From: a virus
Taxonomy: Duplodnaviria; Caudoviricetes
IMG/VR virus record: IMGVR_UViG_3300049491_000057
Location: 1-35,074 of that record
DNA: 35,074 bases
Reading direction: 5' to 3' (one strand)
Shown here: positions 7,539 to 15,498 of the stretch, in pieces
Position numbering within the stretch: the stretch's first letter is position 1
Layout: every line of letters starts with the position of its first letter
The notes under the pieces: model-generated
Database searches by the model: none
What the model saw: only the letters and a program-made list of their open reading frames with translations
Told to the model about the DNA's origin: nothing
Translations under genes and position numbers: made by a program

Positions 7539-8288
7539 ATGCCAATGGCTGTGTTATCTTCTCCTCAGTACTTAGTCGTCTCTGGCGGTGGTGGAGGCGG
7601 TGGAGATATTACGGTTGCACAGTTTGCTCTGACGAGTACAGACAATGCCACCAACGGTACTCATGCTACAGGCAGTAACGTTACCTTAGGTAACAAGGTA
7701 GTTGTTGCTTGCTTCAGATTTGCTAATACAGATAATGATCCTTTTGTGGCAGGAGACTGCACAAAGACTGCTGGTACATCTACCTTAGGTGCGTTTTCTC
7801 TTCTCACTGAAGAGAACGTGCAGTATAGCGCCTCTCCGGGATACGAGAATGTCGGACTATGGGCAGCAGATGTTACAGGAAGTGGCACACTGACGGTTAC
7901 TGTTGCAGGAACAGCAGGAAACTACTGGGGCGTATCAATTGTTGAACTTGCCTCCAGCACTGGTTGGGATGGAAGTTATTTAGAAGACACTGCAATTGGA
8001 GCAAACTCTGCAGATAACACAAACGCAGCTAGTGGTGATGGTTCATCTGCAGGAAAGGCTATATTCATTGGTGTAGTAGCTACAACTAACGATGGAACAG
8101 GTTCTCCTCTAACGGTTACGCCAGATGGAGCATTTACAAATTCCGTGGAAGAAGAAGACGATGCTACTCATGCAGTAGGGTCGGTCATCTATAGAATTGT
8201 AGGCACAGGCACTACAGACTCAGCAGATTGGACTCTAGACAGCAATCTAGGTTGGGCTGCTGCTCTTGTAGTTATCAAGGGACTCTAG
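7539..8288 (+). CDS. Thr/Gly/Ser/Ala-rich beta-sandwich protein (putative virion accessory)
   Basis: 249 aa; short N-terminal peptide, G7 linker, then an acidic beta-rich domain. No specific family recognised. Confidence 0.7.
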   Translation: MPMAVLSSPQYLVVSGGGGGGGDITVAQFALTSTDNATNGTHATGSNVTLGNKVVVACFRFANTDNDPFVAGDCTKTAGTSTLGAFSLLTEENVQYSASPGYENVGLWAADVTGSGTLTVTVAGTAGNYWGVSIVELASSTGWDGSYLEDTAIGANSADNTNAASGDGSSAGKAIFIGVVATTNDGTGSPLTVTPDGAFTNSVEEEDDATHAVGSVIYRIVGTGTTDSADWTLDSNLGWAAALVVIKGL

Positions 8289-9574
8289 TGGCTACATTTC
8301 CTTTATCTGTAAGTGCAAATGGAAGATACTTGCAGGATGCAACAGGCACTCCCTTTTTCTTGCACGGAGATACGTGTTGGTCTATTGAGGTTCAACTTAC
8401 CAACGCAGAGATAGATACGTACTTAGCTAACAGAGCAGCTAAAGGAGTTAATGCTATTTTGTTTGAGGCTATAGAACATAGATTCTCTAGTCAGACACCA
8501 GAGTACGAGAACGTAGATGGAGACCAACCATTTACATCCATGACTGACTTTGCCAGCAGTTTAGTTTCTGCATACTGGAATAGGGTAGATTATATTGTTA
8601 ATCAGGCTCTGTCTTATGGTATGGTATGTATAATGAATCCTGCGTATGTAGGATTTAGTGGTGGCAGTGAAGGTTGGATGAGCGAAATTAATGCTGAATC
8701 TGACGCTGATCTACAGACATATGGAGCCACACTTGCAACTAGATACACTCAAGGAAATGTAATATGGTGTCTAGGGGGTGACTACAACGGTACAGTAGGT
8801 GAAAGAAACAAGCAGTGGAATATAGTCACAGGGATTAGATCAGTACGTACTACAGATTTGATTACGGCACACAGTGATTCATCTGATGGTGCTTATGCTT
8901 TCTGGAATGGTTACACAGGATTCAATTTTAATAATGCTTATCCCGGCACAGCAGAAGTAGCTGCTGCCTGTTTAGCTGAATATGCAAGATCAGGACCAAT
9001 GCCATTCATCATGCTGGAAGCGCTGTATGAGCAGGAAAGAAGTCCAGTAATTAGTGCAGCAGGCCTGCGTAGGCAGTCGTATCAAGCTTTGTTATCAGGT
9101 GCATGTGGGCAGTTCTTTGGGAACAATCCAATATGGCACTTTGAGGCGCCAACTGCTCCTTTCACGTGGACTGGTACATGGCAGACAGAATTAGATAGCA
9201 CAGGATCGGTACAACAGCAGTATGTAAAGAGTTTGTTTATTTCTAAAGAATGGTGGAAATTAGTGCCAAAATCAGATGCATCATTGGTATCTTCTGCTTT
9301 GTCATCAGGGGATACTAAGGTGTGTCCGGCACTAGCCTCAGATAACTCTTTCGGAATGGTGTGGATTCCTACTTCTCAGACTGTAACTGTAGTAATGAGT
9401 AATTTTCCTAGTACTGTTACAGCTAGACTGTATGATCCAACGAATGGAACATATTCCACAGTTGGGACTTTTAGTAATGTAGGATCACAGAATATAGCAT
9501 CAGGGGGAGAAAGAGTGTTACTCTTGGAAACTTCCAGTGGTCAACAACCACTAAGATCGCAGGTATTGCTGTAA
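8288..9574 (+). CDS. DUF4038 (apiosidase/GH140-like) glycoside hydrolase with C-terminal putative collagen-binding-type domain
   Basis: Start likely GTG 8288, overlapping the upstream TAG. Motifs LSVSANGRYLQD-GTPFFLHGDTCW, YWNRVDYIV, NVIWCLGGD, EALYE, LRRQSYQALLSGACG and ARLYDPTNG. Confidence 0.8.
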   Translation: MATFPLSVSANGRYLQDATGTPFFLHGDTCWSIEVQLTNAEIDTYLANRAAKGVNAILFEAIEHRFSSQTPEYENVDGDQPFTSMTDFASSLVSAYWNRVDYIVNQALSYGMVCIMNPAYVGFSGGSEGWMSEINAESDADLQTYGATLATRYTQGNVIWCLGGDYNGTVGERNKQWNIVTGIRSVRTTDLITAHSDSSDGAYAFWNGYTGFNFNNAYPGTAEVAAACLAEYARSGPMPFIMLEALYEQERSPVISAAGLRRQSYQALLSGACGQFFGNNPIWHFEAPTAPFTWTGTWQTELDSTGSVQQQYVKSLFISKEWWKLVPKSDASLVSSALSSGDTKVCPALASDNSFGMVWIPTSQTVTVVMSNFPSTVTARLYDPTNGTYSTVGTFSNVGSQNIASGGERVLLLETSSGQQPLRSQVLL

Positions 9575-10317
9575 TGGCATGGCCTAATGAACCTACTGGA
9601 ACTGGGTATTCGCTGATTTCAGATTTCGATTGTAGCGTCAATCCACCAGCCACCAATGTAGAAATAGGAACTACTGGTTGGTATATATCCAACGCAGCTT
9701 CGATCACAAAGCAGTCTGATGTAACTGCACCACAGACTCCAAATGATATTTATAGATGGTTCTATGGGATAGGATTTCCTGGGGATGGGTTTGGGCCGGG
9801 GTCTATTTACAGACTCCTGAATAACACCACGCTCTACGCTGGATTTTGGTGGAAACCTTGCGATCCGTGGCAAGACCATTCAACCGGGGTTAACAAATTT
9901 GTGTTTGTATTTGGTAGTGACGGGCATGATATGTATTTGTTTCATGAACCCGGAAGCCCGAGGCACGTCATCGTCAACTTTCAGTGGGGCGGAGTAGCTG
10001 ACGAAAGAGAGCCGAATGTAACTACAACGGCAGTTGTCTTGGGGCAGTGGCACCAAATTGAGTTGTTGCTGGACGTACCAAATGGGACGGCAAAGTTTTG
10101 GGTTAATGGAGTCCTTAACGGAAACTATACAGGGGTTAATTATCCCGCTGTATTGACCGAGTTTACTGTATCCCCAACATGGGGTGGCGTAGGATTTCCG
10201 GGTGAACAAAAGGACATAGACGATTATTACGATTATGATCACTTTCGTTTAAGTGTGCCGGGGGAAACTGAAGAGGCACCGCAAGCACCATTAATAATGG
10301 GCCAAATTGTATTATAG
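9574..10317 (+). CDS. Beta-jelly-roll (ConA/LamG or polysaccharide-lyase-like) protein
   Basis: YAGFWWK, GVNKFVF, GQWHQIELLL, NGTAKFWVNG, PTWGG and YDHFRLS motifs. Confidence 0.6.
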   Translation: MAWPNEPTGTGYSLISDFDCSVNPPATNVEIGTTGWYISNAASITKQSDVTAPQTPNDIYRWFYGIGFPGDGFGPGSIYRLLNNTTLYAGFWWKPCDPWQDHSTGVNKFVFVFGSDGHDMYLFHEPGSPRHVIVNFQWGGVADEREPNVTTTAVVLGQWHQIELLLDVPNGTAKFWVNGVLNGNYTGVNYPAVLTEFTVSPTWGGVGFPGEQKDIDDYYDYDHFRLSVPGETEEAPQAPLIMGQIVL

Positions 10318-10327
10318 AGAGGAGTAT

Positions 10328-10684
10328 ATGCTTAAAAGATTTGAGGGTGGGACGATCATAGTAGATCACAGCGCAAGTCCGGGATTACCAGAAGATATAG
10401 CTAGAGCAGCAGGATATGATCCAAAATTGACAGGAGAAGGAAAGGTATTTGAGGCAGCAACTTTAACTTGTGCCCATTGTAAATCTTCTGTGGTTAAAAA
10501 TCATTTCAGAATTCGTGAACGAGCGTTCTGTCCGAAATGTGTCCATTACATCTGTGACTTTTGTCATGCTGCTTCTAAAGACGCATTATACACACATTTG
10601 CCTTTTGAGAAATTGGCTGAAACTACAATTCGTGAGGCTGAGAAACAAATCAGTTATGGAAGTCCTCCCGGATTATTTAAATAA
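10328..10684 (+). CDS. Cys-rich zinc-binding protein
   Basis: Start corrected to ATG 10328 (GAGGAG SD); three CxxC pairs (CAHC, CPKC, CDFC). Confidence 0.75.
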   Translation: MLKRFEGGTIIVDHSASPGLPEDIARAAGYDPKLTGEGKVFEAATLTCAHCKSSVVKNHFRIRERAFCPKCVHYICDFCHAASKDALYTHLPFEKLAETTIREAEKQISYGSPPGLFK

Positions 10685-10700
10685 CTAAAGGAGTTTAAAT

Positions 10701-11213
10701 ATGGCTCGTCGCGTATTCCAAGCTGCAACTTATACCCCTACTGCTACGGCAGATGCGGTTGCGTTGACCTCCAGCACCTATCAATCAATTGAGGCTGGTT
10801 CGTCCACCCAAATGATTACAATTAATGAGATTCAAGTTGGCGGGCAGGCACCTTCTGCTTCCAGTCCCTGTATTCTCATGTTTGCTCGTAACTTGACTAC
10901 TGCTACCACCCCGACAGCTTTGGCTGCTCCAAATGGTGACGGTCCGCTCAACGGAGCTACTGCTGCTTTGGCTGCTCCCGCTGTTACGTATACTGCGGCT
11001 GCGACTGGTCCTCAGCGTACCAACACTGCTACCACGGCCCGTCTGAATCTGTCTGTTAATGCCTATGGTGGTATTGTTAAGTGGTTTGCTAATCCGGGTG
11101 AAGAGTGGGTTATCATCGGTACTTCTGTATCTGTGGCCCCTTCGTCTCTATCTGGGTACACTGGTGGTTCTCCGGGTCTGATTGGTTCACACATTATTTA
11201 CGAACCGCTCTAG
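10701..11213 (+). CDS. Ala/Thr-rich 170-aa protein, putative abundant structural subunit
   Basis: Strong AAGGAG SD; codon preference (GCT, ACT, GGT, CGT) resembles the capsid genes. Confidence 0.7.
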   Translation: MARRVFQAATYTPTATADAVALTSSTYQSIEAGSSTQMITINEIQVGGQAPSASSPCILMFARNLTTATTPTALAAPNGDGPLNGATAALAAPAVTYTAAATGPQRTNTATTARLNLSVNAYGGIVKWFANPGEEWVIIGTSVSVAPSSLSGYTGGSPGLIGSHIIYEPL

Positions 11214-11218
11214 CCTAA

Positions 11219-12130
11219 ATGGGTGCTTATTCCCACGTCAAGTCCGATACAATTGCGGACTTTACAGGTACAATCACGGGGTTCAACTCTCAGGGATCTA
11301 CTACGACTATAGTAGCAACTGATCTAGTTCGCCCCGTGGATTGGAATTCAGCCCATAACTTTTTTCAAACCATTAGTGGGAATACGGCTGGTACATCTAC
11401 AGCAAGTGGTACTAACCTTGTATTTGGGGGTACGAATGGCATTAGTGTGAGCCATTCTACCGCTGCAGGTGCGGCAACTTTATGGGTAGGCAGAAGTAGC
11501 ACCCCACAAAGTTTCTTCCGAGCGTTTGTTGATGATGGTTCTACTGTTGTTGCGCAGATGGGGAATGGCTCGGTTTATTTTTACCCGGTTATTCGGGAAG
11601 GTGCCTTCTCTGCGTCAAGGGCAGATATTTTAGCTAGTATAAGCGTTAGTTCCAGTTCCAACTCTAGCCATGCAGGTGTAATCTCGGTATGGGTGGGACT
11701 GTATACCAGAAATGTCGGAACGTTCTCTAGCGTGTCTACTGCCTCTGCAGCGCATCAGTGGTCAAATACTAGTAACAACAGTCTTGCAAGTATTTCAGCA
11801 TTACGCAGGTTATCTGTGCCACTAAACGTGAACTATACAGGTGATCAGGATTTGTGGATGGCTGTTATGTCGCGCAGTAGCACTACCAATGCGAATTGGT
11901 TTACCGCGTCGAATATCTTGCAGCCCGTAGCCGGGCATACTGCTCAGATTCAAGGTCTGATTGGAGAAGCGTCGAATAACACCCGCCAGCATATGCCGGG
12001 ACAAGGTATCTGGAGTACAACTAGTACAGCCCTACCGGATACAATTGCTTTGTCACATATTACGGGGGGACTGACAGCATCTATTAGCAAATTCATGCCT
12101 AACGTTTACTTCTATAACTTTACTGCATAA
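11219..12130 (+). CDS. Ser/Thr-rich fibre-like protein
   Basis: 303 aa, very Ser/Thr/Gly-rich; N-terminal LVRPVDWNSAH segment; beta-rich C-terminal domain. Confidence 0.65.
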   Translation: MGAYSHVKSDTIADFTGTITGFNSQGSTTTIVATDLVRPVDWNSAHNFFQTISGNTAGTSTASGTNLVFGGTNGISVSHSTAAGAATLWVGRSSTPQSFFRAFVDDGSTVVAQMGNGSVYFYPVIREGAFSASRADILASISVSSSSNSSHAGVISVWVGLYTRNVGTFSSVSTASAAHQWSNTSNNSLASISALRRLSVPLNVNYTGDQDLWMAVMSRSSTTNANWFTASNILQPVAGHTAQIQGLIGEASNNTRQHMPGQGIWSTTSTALPDTIALSHITGGLTASISKFMPNVYFYNFTA

Positions 12131-12849
12131 TGAAACCAGAAATTGTAAGTTACGATTTCGGCAAACACAATGCAATGCTCGACTACTCCATCAAAAGGAT
12201 GGAAGAATCTGCTCAATGGAAAAAGCAGAGAGTAATTGTAATCTTGCCGGCATCAAATAATATCAGTACTAAAGTAGCCTTGTCACATTGGAATCTTATC
12301 TTTCCTCCGAATAACGGAGTCTACAGGATGATTGCTTTGGGACAAGAGGTAGGAGAAGCATATAGCAATGCAATCGAGAGTATCATTAGCCATCCAGACC
12401 TAAGTAAATGGGAGTATATTCTTACCATTGAACATGATAATGTTCCACCTCCTGATGGAGTATTGAAACTTATCAAAGCCATGGACGAACATCCAGAATA
12501 CTCCTGTATTGGGGGTTTATACTGGACTAAGGGAGAAGGTGGAGTTCCTCAGATTTGGGGTGATCCAAAAGACCCAATTCAGAACTTCAGACCTCAACCA
12601 CCTAAACTGAATGAGCTTGTTGAGTGTGTTGGAACTGGGATGGGATTCAATCTCTGGCGATTAGATATGTTCAAAGATGAGAAACTTCGTAAGCCTTGGT
12701 TTAAAACCCTAAGTGGGTTATCCGGAGAAGGTGTAGGAACTCAGGACTTGTATGCATGGAATGACTTCAAAAAACATGGGTATCGTTGCGCTGTTGACTG
12801 CTCTGTTCTTGTTGGGCATTACGATGCACAAGGAGATATGATTTGGTAA
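12130..12849 (+). CDS. GT-A fold (GT2-like) glycosyltransferase
   Basis: YILTIEHDNVPP (DxD-equivalent), GTGMGFNLWRLDMF, KPWF, TQDLY and VDCSVLVGH motifs. Confidence 0.75.
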   Translation: MKPEIVSYDFGKHNAMLDYSIKRMEESAQWKKQRVIVILPASNNISTKVALSHWNLIFPPNNGVYRMIALGQEVGEAYSNAIESIISHPDLSKWEYILTIEHDNVPPPDGVLKLIKAMDEHPEYSCIGGLYWTKGEGGVPQIWGDPKDPIQNFRPQPPKLNELVECVGTGMGFNLWRLDMFKDEKLRKPWFKTLSGLSGEGVGTQDLYAWNDFKKHGYRCAVDCSVLVGHYDAQGDMIW

Positions 12850-13358
12850 AACTTGATCTAGGTTGTGGAAAAAATAAGAAAGAAGGCTTCCTTGGGGTGG
12901 ATTGTATTCCATTCGAGGGAGTTGATGTTGTCTGCAATTTAGGAAATGATGTATGGCCTTGGGAAGACAAGTCTGTGGATGAAGTGCATTGCTCCCACAT
13001 GCTTGAGCATCTTAAGCCCAAAGAACGTATTCATTTCGCTAATGAACTTTATCGTGTATTAAAGGTTGGAGCTAAGGCGGCTATTTCAACCCCACATTAC
13101 GCTAGTGTAAGGGCTTTTGGTGATCTAACCCACGAGTGGCCTCCGGTAGTTACCTTCTGGTACTTGTACCTGAATAAAGAATGGAGAACTTCTCAAGCAC
13201 CACATAATACAGAGTATACCTGTGATTTTGATCATGGGTATGGGTTTGGTCTGCATCCTATGGTGCAATTGAGAAACCAAGACTACCAGAACTATGCTGT
13301 TATTCATCTGCTGGAGGGGGCACAAGACCTTCTTGTAACGCTTACTCGGAGAGAGTAA
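12843..13358 (+). CDS. Class I SAM-dependent methyltransferase (Methyltransf_11-like)
   Basis: KLDLGCG motif I, SVDEVHCSHMLEHL and ELYRVLKVG; TTG start with AGGAG SD. Confidence 0.85.
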   Translation: MVKLDLGCGKNKKEGFLGVDCIPFEGVDVVCNLGNDVWPWEDKSVDEVHCSHMLEHLKPKERIHFANELYRVLKVGAKAAISTPHYASVRAFGDLTHEWPPVVTFWYLYLNKEWRTSQAPHNTEYTCDFDHGYGFGLHPMVQLRNQDYQNYAVIHLLEGAQDLLVTLTRRE

Positions 13359-14990
13359 GTGTCTTTCCAGCATAGCGGTTTTCAACACAATGCATTTCAA
13401 GTAGAGTTACCTAGTACTTCTGCGACTCCTTTTGTCCAGCAGGAGACTACAAAAGCTCCTCTAAGAACTTGGGTTGCAGCTGCTATAGCAGTTACTTGGT
13501 TCAATTCGGTTATCATGCCGGAAGGACCCAAGCCTAGTGCAGATCAGAATTTAGAAGTACCCGGAAAGCAAGTAAGGCAAGTAGACAGGACTCAACATCC
13601 TAATCTATTACTTACTACTCTTTCTACCCCAGCACAAGTTGTATTACCCTTCTCACAGCAAGATTGGCGTACTCCACTAAAGCAAGTTAGGAGTAGGGTA
13701 GAACTAGATAAGAATTACTTGCTAGGAATCCAACCACCTCCTGTACGCCCATTGGAGTGGGGAGTACCTAAGCAAGCTGTTAGGGTAAATGTAACCTTTG
13801 ATCAGGTTCCTCTTGGTATTAAGCTTCCGCCCTCGGCTGCTGCTGATACCAAGACATTCCAAGTTATCGACTGGAGACTCCCAACTAAGCCTTGGGATAG
13901 CATAACTCCTGCTAGCTGGTTTAACTCGGCAATTATGCCGAAGCCAGATGATCCCCCAGTTCAGGGCTCTGGTATACCTTTCCTTGCACAGGACTGGGAA
14001 CCTAGGAAGTTACTGTATACCCATAGAGCCCCAGACTATATTGTTCCGTTGACACTAACGTTACCAATATATGAAGTTGCTCGTGAGGCACTAGTATTAC
14101 AAGGAAAACGACTTGTTCTCAAACAGTCTCCTGAGAATACCCAAAGTAGGGTAATTCTGGAGGGACCAGTTGTAGCGCCGTTCCTGTCGAAAGATTGGTC
14201 TGTAAAGAGACTACCTCTTCGGAGAGATGTAACTCCTGACCAGACAGCAATAGTTCTACAGTTAGTTGAAGTTCCAGAGACAAGACTTGCTCTCTTAATT
14301 CATCAAGAGCGTCTACCTCTAAGACAAGTTGTTACATTACATCAAAGCAGACTACTTCTTGAAGTTCCCCCAGTTGCTCCTTTCTTTGGAAGTCCGCAAG
14401 AAAGAGCTAAAGGAAACCCAAGACTAGATCTAAGTTGGTCTCAGAATTTACTAGAGAATACCCTAGGTTTAGGAATTATTCCTCCGTTCTCTCAAAGTGA
14501 CTGGAGATATCCTAACCTTAGTAAGGCAGCCAAGACTCTAGTTAATCAAGACCAAGGTTCTCTGGTTGTTGGACCAATACCCCCAGTTGTTGTTCCTGCT
14601 AATACTGGTAGGTCTAGATACTGGAGGGCAAGGCAAGGAATTGACTGGAATATCCCATTCTCTTTCGCTGAAGTTATTCAACCTGAGATTAAGAGTGTTG
14701 AGCTTCAAGTCAAGGAACAGAAAGATTACAAGAAATCTCTTCTGGTTATTAAAAACAACCAGATTGATACCAAGGCAATTGAGAAGGAAATTGCTAGGGT
14801 TGAAGAAAAGATCAGGGAACTCCTAGTTAAGAAACAAAATTATTATCAGGAATACCATGATTATATACAAGCATACAAGAAGGACAAGCAACACAACAGG
14901 GAACTTAAGAGGGCTTATCTGGCTTCCTTTAAAGCCGATGTGGTCGAAGAAGAAGAGTTAATGGAGCTTATTGAATTAGGAGTTCTATGA
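13359..14990 (+). CDS. Pro-rich repeat protein with C-terminal coiled coil (putative scaffold or ruler)
   Basis: N-terminal FQHSGFQHNAFQ; recurring PFxQxDWxxP units; charged helical C-terminus ending EEEELMELIELGVL. Confidence 0.75.
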   Translation: MSFQHSGFQHNAFQVELPSTSATPFVQQETTKAPLRTWVAAAIAVTWFNSVIMPEGPKPSADQNLEVPGKQVRQVDRTQHPNLLLTTLSTPAQVVLPFSQQDWRTPLKQVRSRVELDKNYLLGIQPPPVRPLEWGVPKQAVRVNVTFDQVPLGIKLPPSAAADTKTFQVIDWRLPTKPWDSITPASWFNSAIMPKPDDPPVQGSGIPFLAQDWEPRKLLYTHRAPDYIVPLTLTLPIYEVAREALVLQGKRLVLKQSPENTQSRVILEGPVVAPFLSKDWSVKRLPLRRDVTPDQTAIVLQLVEVPETRLALLIHQERLPLRQVVTLHQSRLLLEVPPVAPFFGSPQERAKGNPRLDLSWSQNLLENTLGLGIIPPFSQSDWRYPNLSKAAKTLVNQDQGSLVVGPIPPVVVPANTGRSRYWRARQGIDWNIPFSFAEVIQPEIKSVELQVKEQKDYKKSLLVIKNNQIDTKAIEKEIARVEEKIRELLVKKQNYYQEYHDYIQAYKKDKQHNRELKRAYLASFKADVVEEEELMELIELGVL

Positions 14991-15196
14991 TAAGTGAAGC
15001 AGAGTACCAGCAGTGGCGACAAAATGAAGTAACTAAAGAACTACTGGAGTTGTTAAAATTAGGACACGAGCAGGCCTTGAATGACTTGCTCGCTGCCCGA
15101 GGAGAACCCGGAGACTTCCAAAGAGGAGCTTCGTTAGCTTATAGTGAAATAGCACATATCGTGCGTACAGGAGAGAATCTATTCGTTAAGGAGTAG
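14987..15196 (+). CDS. Hypothetical protein (69 aa)
   Basis: ATGA overlap with the upstream gene; AGGAG SD; directly upstream of groES. Confidence 0.75.
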   Translation: MISEAEYQQWRQNEVTKELLELLKLGHEQALNDLLAARGEPGDFQRGASLAYSEIAHIVRTGENLFVKE

Positions 15197-15197
15197 T

Positions 15198-15497
15198 ATG
15201 ATTAAACCATTAGGGTATCGTATTTTAGTAAGGCCAGATCCGATTGAGAATGAAATGAAGACTGATATGATTGAACTGCCGGACAGTGTATTGGATAGAC
15301 AACGAATAGAGGTTACCACAGGAACTATTATTGACATAGGTGCCCAAGCTTGGAAAGACCTAGCTAATGGGGATCCATGGGCTAAGGTTGGTGACCACGT
15401 AGTTTATGCTAAGCATGGCGGTAAGATTATTGAAGACCCAGACACGGGAGAAAAAGTTGTTCTCCTAAATGATAAAGATATCATAGGACTATTATAA
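15198..15497 (+). CDS. groES: Co-chaperonin GroES-like protein
   Basis: IKPLGYRILVRP, GTIIDIG, KVGDHVVYAKHGG and LLNDKDIIG match Cpn10. Confidence 0.9.
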   Translation: MIKPLGYRILVRPDPIENEMKTDMIELPDSVLDRQRIEVTTGTIIDIGAQAWKDLANGDPWAKVGDHVVYAKHGGKIIEDPDTGEKVVLLNDKDIIGLL

Positions 15498-15498
15498 T

